Assembly (NCBI GenBank): GCA_964016885.1
Contig: OZ024741.1
Coordinates: 161,882,001 to 161,946,000, forward strand
DNA from: Eledone cirrhosa
Lineage: Eukaryota
Length of the DNA: 64,000 nt
Direction: 5' to 3'
The translations under genes were made by a program, and so were the position numbers. The notes under the pieces were generated by a model. The model was given only the letters and a program-made list of their open reading frames with translations. It did no database searches and had not been told where the DNA came from. Within the stretch, counting starts at the first letter, position 1, and every line of letters begins with the position of its first letter. This document shows, piece after piece, positions 55,198 to 64,000 of this stretch.

Positions 55198-55400
55198 ATG
55201 TAGGAGGTGAGTTTTATTGTAGTACAATAAAGCAATGCAGATTTAAAACTGCACTATCCACAAGTGTTTTTAACCTTCATATCATGTCTTCCCATTTTAT
55301 CTGATGAAAACACAAATGTTATTACATGATGATATTTGTTTTTGAAATGCGCATAATAAAATACATGGAACTCATTTAACCATCTTTTGATCTTATATAT
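54757..55400. mobile_element. Cluster of direct and inverted family B pieces separated by (TA)n
   Basis: 54757-54795 inverts 54821-54860; 55198-55243 inverts 54907-54952; 55240-55397 carries the ribozyme. Confidence 0.8.
55294..55362 (+). ncRNA. Type I hammerhead, family B, intact core, predicted cleavage AUA after 55355
   Basis: attttat-CTGATGA-aaac.acaaatgttatt.acat.gatgatatttgt.tttt-GAAA-tgcgca-TA-ataaaat. Confidence 0.9.
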
Positions 55401-55431
<31 letters not shown>

Positions 55432-56119
55432 ATGTGTGTGTAAATATATATATGTATATGTTTGGTAGAAATATCCAAGGGTAGCATTCAGTCGATAGGC
55501 TAAGTTAAGTATAATTATTTACTACAGTGACATATACAGATACTTCTGAGGTTTTGTTGGGTTTTACACCCCATCTTATTCAGCCTGATATATTTATATA
55601 TATGTATGCAGATATCTCCCCTACCTGTTCCAGCCATGTGTGTATATATATGTGTATTTATTTATGTGTGTGTGTGTAAGGGATTATATGAAAGCATATA
55701 CTATATATTGATATACAATAAACATATGCAAGCCTTGCTATCAAGGAAAAAATAATTTTTCGTTATGAAAAAATTATTTTTCTCTCTTTTGCTCTGTGAT
55801 AGTAGCTGTTGAGAATGTCAGACAGATGTTTCAAAATTCATTTATCTCTCACCAATGACATTAACTCAGCTGGTACTAAGATGAAAATAGACTAGAGGCT
55901 ATATATATTTTGTGTGATGACATTTCCTGGGGATGCTCATTTGCATATAGTGTGAACTTGGCTGGTTATAATTAATTGACAGTAGAGGTTCATGAGAGCA
56001 AAAAGAAAAAAAAAAATTTTCATAGCGAAAAATATATTTTGTTTGATGGCGAGGCTCTTATATGTTTAATGTATATAAACATATAGCATATGCTTTCATA
56101 TACACCCCTACTCTGCTTA

Positions 56120-56375
56120 ACACCCTCCCACTGTAAAGTGGTAATGTAGGTGTCATGACAAAAAGTGGTCGTATATGTGTCAAGGCAAAAGGCACCCAGT
56201 ACTCACTGTAAATGAGGTTGGCATTAGGAAGGGCATGCAGCTGTAGAAATCAAGCCAAAAGCAGTCCTATATGAGTATGACATGGTCACCTGACCTAACA
56301 TTGCCCACAACGGGACAACCCGTCTAACCCATGCTAGCATGGAAAAATGGACGTAAAACTGTATGATGATGATGA
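56120..56375 (+). mobile_element. RTE 3'-UTR-derived repeat with (GAT)n tail
   Basis: Homologous to 48735-48955. Confidence 0.8.
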
Positions 56376-56524
56376 TATATATATATATTCTGTATTTATA
56401 ATTATGGGTAACAGGTGTTTTATAAATGACCAGTTCAAAGCTTTAATCAGTTGCAATCCAAATGTTATTTCACCTCTCTGTAGTTCCCATGTTCATTTCA
56501 TCCTACTTCCATGGGAAGGCAAGT

Positions 56525-58320
56525 TGTCTGTTGCATAACATATCCCCAGTCAACTCGATTTCATGCTATCTCCTTTATGATGTTTACTTGTTCGAGGTTA
56601 CTCTTCACCACATCATCCCAAATTTTCCTAGGTCTTCCTCTTCCACATGTTCCATTGACTTTGAATGCCTGCACTTTATGCAGCTGTCATCTCCATGCAC
56701 ATCTCATATCCACACTAGCACAGTCTTCTTTCTTGCATACTGTATCTAATCTCTCATGCACATCTTTTCTTTCAGTTTGTTGATGATTTGTCTTTCATGC
56801 ATGCTGCTGTTACACATCAATTAGAGTATGCTTACTTCATTTCTTACCAATCTTTATTCAAGACCCAAGTATCACTTTGATGCAGTATCGTAATTCTCTC
56901 ACAGGCATCATACAACCTACCTTTGTAACCAGAAAAGGTAGTAGCTCCCTGAACTTTTCCCACCCAATTCTCACTCTAGTTACTAAACTTTCAGAACATC
57001 CACCCCCACTACTGATTGCTGATTAACTTACCTAGGTAATGGAAACTGTTGATTATTTCCAGGAAGCCATATGAGCATTTGATATTGCCTGTTTCATATA
57101 ATCTCTTGCTGCTTACACCTCTTGTGCATCTGCCACATACTAAGCCTACATTCTCTGTTAGCTTGCTCAAAATTCAGCTACATCTTTTGTGTATGCATAG
57201 TAAATATTTTGTACACTGTATGGAATTTGAACCAACTTCATTTTTGCATATTGCATGACCATTTCTCTGACAAGATAGGGGTCTTGTCATCTTCCTTACT
57301 TACTAGGACTTTAGTCTTGGCTAAGTTGACTTTGAGGCCTTTCAATTCCAGATCTTGCTTCCAAGTTTGAAATTTATTCTAGATCTCTTGCAAATTCAGC
57401 TATAAGATCTAGATCAGCTGCATCTGGGGTTTCCCCACCTAGTTATAAACTCCTCTGTAATGGCCTGGGGGACTAGAATAAACAGAAGGCGGCTGAATAT
57501 AAAGCGCTGATGAGTCCTGAGCTGCATTCTGAGCTCACCACTAAACTCATTGTAAACTTTAACCTTGCTGACTGCATTTCTGTACATGGCTCATACAGCC
57601 CTCACAAACCACTCATCTACCCCTAATTTTCTAGAAGCTGATCAGATTATAGAGCATGAGGTACTCTGTCAAAAACTTTTTTCTGGTCAATGTAGGATAG
57701 GTATAAGTACTTCTGCTGTCTCACAAAGAAGGTATAAAGCCAAACTGCATCACTTCTATGTTAAATCTACCCTTAATCAATTGTGCTATAACTCTTTCAG
57801 TAACTTTCATGACGTGACCCATCAATTTTATGCCTCTCTGGTTTCCTCTATCCATTACATCTCCCTTGCTCTTGTAACAGTTGACAATGATGGAGCTATA
57901 CCAGTTATTGAATATAACACCTTTCTGTATTACCTGATTTACTATACAAGTGGTTAATGTTTAGCCCACCATCCCTTTCAACATCTCAGCAACTATTCCT
58001 AATGGTCCAGATGTTTTACTTGTCTTTGTACCCTTGATTGCCTTCCTTACCATATTGTTACTAACTTAGATGGTCGGGCCCTCTATTAGGTCTACTTGGA
58101 GTAGGTCTTCCTCCATGTATATTCCCTATTCAACAGTCTTTCGTAATAACCCTTCCACGCTTATTTCTTTTCTGCACAGTGAGGACAAGGGGTGTCAGTC
58201 ATTTTGGATTCACTTCTCAACATCTTTAGTTTTTCTAGCACACTGTCTTACAATCCTGAACACCTCATGACATAAAACATGTGCAAACATCACACTATCA
58301 ACTTCTCTCCTTGCAGTGTA
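56525..58320 (-). pseudogene. Decayed RTE LINE copy
   Basis: Reverse-complement homology to ~46650-48600 with many stops and indels. Confidence 0.8.
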
Positions 58321-58429
58321 CACTGATGGTTGCAAACACGCAAAGTCTGTGTGTTTGCAGCCAGTGAAACATTGGCTTTGAGGGCTGAGGATTTGTGAAA
58401 ATTGGAAAGAAACAAGGTCAGCATACTCC

Positions 58430-58940
58430 AATGATGTGTAATAGTAGTGTGCATGAATGACAAAGCATTAACAAACTGAGAGAAAAGTTGAGCAGAAGGA
58501 TCAGATGTAGTGTACTAGAGAGAGGACTGCACAGGTATGGATATAGGATGCATATGGAGGATGTCAGCTGCATAAAGAAGTCCTGAGCACACAAAGTTGA
58601 TGGAACTCATTTAAGAGGAAAACCTGGGATGTTGTGCTGAAGGCTGACTTCATGAAACTGAACCTTACGAAGGGGACGACAAAGGATTAAGTTGATTGAC
58701 GCTTTGCTGTACTACAGACGATGCGTAACCACATGAGTGGGATGAAACAAGCAAGTGGAGGATGGTTGTGAAGAAGCAGAGAGGTGAAATGGCACTTAAG
58801 TCTCTGCCTGTATGTCCCTGTCTGCCTTCCCCCCACCTTAATTTCTTCCCTCACACCTTTGATTTCCCACACCTTTGTCTTCCTCACTCACATCCGTGAT
58901 ACTCTCTTCCTTATCCAACCCATGCCAGCATGGAAAGCTG
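58430..58940 (+). pseudogene. Decayed RTE 3' fragment
   Basis: Similar to 48260-48590; aacccatgccagcatgga end motif. Confidence 0.65.
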
Positions 58941-59167
58941 GAAACATCCCTTAGTATTCTGCCAGATGTCACTCATTCTCATCAAGGCAACTCCCATGAC
59001 TCAATTCTTACTTTTCCCCCTCCCTCTTCCACTGTGAGAGATGACTTCTCTTATCTTACACAGCTACTCTCATCACTACCTCTCTTGGCTTGGCCAAGGA
59101 GCACCCTAATGTTGTAAAGTGGTAGTGCTGGTGCCCACAATAAAATGCACCCCAGTCCCCATGTGTG

Positions 59168-59208
59168 AATTAACATTTTGAAGCCTTCATGACTCCATCT
59201 TCAGAATT
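59168..59208 (-). ncRNA. Decayed minimal hammerhead (family H)
   Basis: aatt-CTGAAGA-t.ggagtc.atgaa.ggcttc-AAAA-tg-TT-aatt; two CpG-type transitions from GAAAcgTT. Confidence 0.5.
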
Positions 59209-59379
59209 AATAAGGTCATACTAGTAGGATATTAGTCATGTACTTAGCAGTTGTCATAAAGTATCATGGGAGTGGTAAGAAATCACGGGCATATGGTGTT
59301 TTAATTTCTGAAAGGCATGGCAGTTATTTTAATTAGTTTTGCATATGAAAGTTGTTATAGTGCAATTAGGAATAGAATT

Positions 59380-60180
59380 AAGGTAGATGAGATATAATTC
59401 AGCTTTCTACCAGACAGACATACCACTGATGCTCTCTTCATCATGAAACAACTACAAGGGTATTTAAGAGTAAGCCTCTCTAACTAGCTTTTGAGAAGGC
59501 CTTTGACAGGGTTCCCTGTGCTAGTTGTAAATGAATGCTTCTGAGAGCCATGCAAGCCACATATAGAAGTGCAACCAGCAAGGTGAAAGTTGACAATAAA
59601 TATAGTGATGAATTTGAAGTGCAGGTGGGGGTTCAGTAGGGTTCAGTCCTCAGTCTCCTCTTGCTTGTACTTGTCCTTCAGGTCATAACAGAATTTTAAA
59701 ACTGGTTGTCCATGGTAACTCCTATATACTGATGATCTAGTCTTTACAACTAAATTTGTAGACAAGTTAAAAGCTAAATTCCAGACATGGAAGCAAAATC
59801 TAAAATTAAAAGGCTCCAAAATAAAGTTAGCATAGACCATGGTTTCCCAAACTTTTTCAAATGTAGAACCCTTTTTGGTTCAGAAACTTTTGAGGGGACT
59901 CCAAAGTCTAATATTGTTATATGATTGTAATATATATATATATATACTCCTCTACCTTTTTTTCATTGAACCCACTGTGGGAACGATTGGCAAAGACTAA
60001 AGTCCTAATAAGTAGGAAAGAAGACAACAATAATATCATCAGAGAAATGCCCTTGTTCAGTATTTCAAAAAAAGGGGTGCCTGAAATTCTAAAAATTGCA
60101 CATACTGTAATCTATTGATGCACAAAAGATGTATCGAGGTTACAGGCAGGTTAATGAAGATAGTATTTGTATGCAGTAGA
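59380..60180 (+). pseudogene. Decayed RTE RT fragment interrupted by a MITE
   Basis: TTDALFIMKQLQ, EKAFDRVP, LLYTDDL remnants. Confidence 0.8.
59838..59989. mobile_element. hAT-type MITE with 8-bp TSD
   Basis: gcatagac / gcaaagac flanks; catggtttccca / tgggaacgattg termini. Confidence 0.65.
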
Positions 60181-60360
60181 TCATCATCATCGTTTAACGT
60201 CCATCTTCTATGCTAGCATGGGTTGGACGGTTTTGTCCCACTTGAGGCAAGGTTGGTCGGGAGATCATGTCTTGCTTGTACAGAACTGTTTCTGACAAGT
60301 TTTCTATGCCCTTCCTAACATCAACCACATTTACAGTGTGGACTGGGAGTCTTTTTACCA
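60180..60360 (-). mobile_element. RTE 3'-UTR-derived repeat, inverted
   Basis: (ATC)n then cgtttaacgtcc...gcatgggttggacgg. Confidence 0.8.
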
Positions 60361-61180
60361 TGTCTCCTACAGACCACCATTGTTCTTAAGTAACCATTCT
60401 GGGTACACTGTACTAACCTCTCTTGCATTGCCCTGTTAAATCTCATCACCCCTATCATAGTCCCTGCCCCATTCTCCTTTTCCAAAGTAGTTGGTGTTAG
60501 GAAGGATATCTCGCCATAGAAACCCTGCCATGACTTCTCTAATGTAGGTGTCATGAAAAATGCAGCCATTGCCCTCTCTTGAGATGGCTGGTGATAGGAA
60601 GGGTATCCAGCTGGAGCAATCATGCCAAAAAAAAGGTTAAAAGAACTCTTCAGTTGTATCAAGGGTTTGACAACTTCGGTGTGTATGCCATGATTAAAGA
60701 AATACACTCAATATAATCTATAATGTGGTTGGTGTTAGAAAATGAACCCGCCTGTTAACATTTCTTTCTTTGTTTTGTGGTTTTTTTGTTCATTATCATT
60801 TGTGGGGTTATATACTGTATATTGACACACACATGTATTTACATACATATACACATACAAACACCTGAAGCTATTGGCACATTCAAACCCATTAGATGTT
60901 TTTTTTTCCTGTTTAGTGTGGGGCCAGTCAATCTAGTTGTCATCACATATGCATGTGTGAGTAGTCAAGTTAAAATCACAATGCCCAAGGTCAGTAATGA
61001 GATTTTACAAGATAAGACAGCTGGTTTATGCTTCCACTTAGAGATAATAGGAAGTTAGATAGATAAATTTATTTTATTTGATTGGGAGTGGTAGTAGTAG
61101 TGTTGGTAGTGGTAATAATAGTAATAATAAAAAAAATATATATATATGCACATTATATACTTGTTGATATATATATATAT

Positions 61181-61597
61181 AGGCGCATGGCTTGCAATCG
61201 AAAGGTTGAGAGTTCAATTCTCGGACCGGGTGATGTGTTGTTTCCATGAGCAAGACACTTTATTTCACATTGCTCCAGTTCACTCAGCTGTAGAAATGAG
61301 ATGATAGGGACTGGGGTCCCTATCATTCCACTGCAAAGTGGTCATGGAGGTGCCACGGCAAAAAAGCACCCAGCCCACACTGTAAAGTGGATGTGTAGGC
61401 GCCACGGAAAAAAAGCACCCAGCACTCACTGTAAATGAAGGTTGGTGTTAGGAAGGGCATCCAGCTGTAGAAATAAAGCCAGAATCAGTTCCCGTATGAG
61501 CAAGACAAGGTCAGTCGACTGGACACTGCCCACAACAGGACAACCTGTCTAACCCATGCTAGCGTGGAAGAACGGACGTAAAACGGTGATGATGATG
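61181..61597 (+). mobile_element. SINE with tRNA-like head and RTE-derived 3' tail
   Basis: B-box gagttcaattc; tail matches the RTE 3' UTR and ends in (GAT)n. Confidence 0.8.
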
Positions 61598-62384
61598 TAT
61601 GTATATAAGGCAGCAAATTGGCAGACTTGTTAGAACATAGGGTAGAATGAATTCATTACAACTATCTGCACTCCGAGTTCAAAACCTGCCCAGATCAACT
61701 TGACCTTTCATTCTTTTGAGGTTGATAAAAAAAAGTACCAGTCTACTACTGGAGTTGATTCTTCTTCTGTATCTCTTTCTCACTTCCCCTTTCTCTTTCT
61801 CTGGAAGAAGTCTGCGTTCAGACATGGAGAGGGATGGGTTTCAACAGATATGTCACAATGGCACCTCTATGACTCTTTATCAGGAGTTACAGTTCCACAC
61901 ATATGCATACATACATATATATGTAGCTTTCAACCTCTACTATACAAACACACTCAACTTCTTCACCCTCTCTGTCACCAATCACAGGAATTTCAAATTC
62001 TAGTCACTTCTCATTCCTCTTAATAAAATAGGACAACAACAAAGATAAGATGACTACTTATGTATTTCATTACTGATTCATCTGTCTTAATTATGCTTTC
62101 TTTCATTCATTTTATAATTATTAACCATGATTGAATCAAAAATGTTTTGGAAGACATGTTAATATCATCATCATCATCATGTAACATCCCATTTCCCTAC
62201 AAGCAAAGGTTGGCTGGGTTGTCGCGTTGCTATGCAGCATATCAGTTCAAACACAAACATCATATAATCTGCCTTTCACTATGAGAGAGAAGCATTTTGT
62301 TGATAACAGTAAGAGTATTCTTACTATTGACTCCATGATGATGTCAGACCCAATGACTGATGTAGCAATATAATCATTAATTGT

Positions 62385-63595
62385 TACAAGGGAAAAGATG
62401 TTCTAGAAAGAAGCAACTACAGAGGTATGAAACTGATGGATCAAGTTATGAAAATGATGGAAAAAGTGTTAGCACAACTAATTTGAGATAAAGTCAAATT
62501 AGATGAGATACAGTTTGGTTTTGTGTCAGGAAGGAGCACCACAGTAAGACAACTGCAAGAGAAATTCCTAGTTAAGTGTAAGCTGCTATACATAGCTTTT
62601 GTAGATCCGGAAAAGGCCTTTCATAGTGTCACAATCTTTCATCTTGTGGTCTTTAAGGAGACTAGGTGTAAATGTGTGGCTTGTAAGAGAAATGAAAGTT
62701 ATGTACAGATGTGCTATCAGTAAAGTGAGAGTAGGTGATGAGTTTAGTGAGAAGTTCAGTGTGCAAGTAGGTGTTCATCAGGGCTCAGTCCTTAGCCTAC
62801 TTTTATTTATTATAGTCCTCCAGGCCATAACAGAAGTTTAAGTCTAGCTGTCTTTAGAAACTTCTGTAGAATACCTGGCTCTTATAGCCAAGTCTGTGGG
62901 AGAGCACAAGAAAATTTTAGTTGTGAAAACAGAACTTAAAATCAAAAGGGCTCAGAGTACACCAAGCAAAGATCAATGCAAGGTGTGATACATAAAAGGT
63001 GTAGTGGAATTGTAAGCAGACTACCAGAAAAGATAGACTTTACATGCGGCAGGTAAACATGGGTAATTCATAGTAAGAGAAGCAGTGAAATAAACTTTTT
63101 CCAGTCATGGGAGGGTACCATAGAAGTAGTTGATAATTTCTATTACCTAGGTAACCTAATTAGAATGGCCGGTGCTCTGACAGCATAGTAGCTAGAATAA
63201 GAACAGGCTGGAAAAAGTGAGCTACTCCCTCTGCAATATTCTATGATGTACGATGCCTGTACGAGAAGAGTGATGATGCATGGCAGTGATATATGTTGTA
63301 AATGCAGTGGATATACAGAGGTTGGAGAGAAATAAAGCTCTGTTGGATGTGTAATGTTAGTATGCATGAACAATGGGGTGTCAAGGAACTGAAAAACTAT
63401 GTATGAGGAATCAAATGTAGCATGCACTGGTATGGACATGTGATGCATATGGGTGGTGGAAGGAAACTACTGTAGAGGCTGACTGAGAAAATCCTAGGCA
63501 GAAGTGGTTAGAGCTGATCTCAAAACACTGAACCTCACAGAAAAGATGGCGAAGGAAGGGAGGCTCTACTGAAAAGCAGGCATAAAATGATGATA
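62385..63595 (+). pseudogene. Decayed RTE LINE copy
   Basis: NYRGMKL, FVDPEKAF, GVHQGSVLS remnants collinear with 47125-48590. Confidence 0.85.
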
Positions 63596-63608
63596 AATAC
63601 ACACACAT

Positions 63609-63639
<31 letters not shown>

Positions 63640-64000
63640 CACACAAACACACATACATATATACATGATGACTGCAAGACGATTTCGAGTAATGCCATCA
63701 CTTGATACTTAAGCATGAACATGACGGATGTGGCTCATTCTTAAGTATCTATGGTTATATCTGACTCTCCAAGACATGGCCAACAATACCATGCATTCGC
63801 AAAAAATGTCACATATCAAGCAATGCCTGGGCTTGAAGCTTTTTTTTTAGTGAGGAAAGGCTTTGCACAGGACCAATCCCACTCTCTGAACAAGGAATGC
63901 ATTTGCCCAAAAAGAACTGGTCTACATTATTGGATGCAATGAAGTCGCAGAGATGTCTTAATGAAGACGGGTTTTTTTTCATCCTGCAAGGTGTCGAAAA

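Overview
Repeat-saturated eukaryotic DNA with no convincing host gene. The SINE, RTE and microsatellite content suggests an octopus or other cephalopod (inference). Most computed ORFs are translated (TA)n/(TATG)n/(CA)n microsatellites or a G/T minisatellite. Real coding relics are all mobile: a near-intact RTE LINE with an internal PHD-like finger and a single frameshift (45278-48955), CR1/L2, RTE, CRE-like and R4/Dong-like fragments, and Helitron Rep/helicase pieces. There are also many tRNA-derived SINEs, several MITEs and a 200-N gap. The main unexpected signal is a dense population of type I hammerhead ribozyme motifs: about 14 on both strands, 8 with an intact or compensated core, in at least 6 sequence families. 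They show stem covariation, palindromic stem III and one U3-A8 core variant. Most sit in short non-coding elements bounded by (TA)n tracts, several with partial head-to-tail and inverted 5' copies. This fits non-autonomous retrozyme/Penelope-like elements targeting TA microsatellites. All folds were read by eye; no search or folding program was run.
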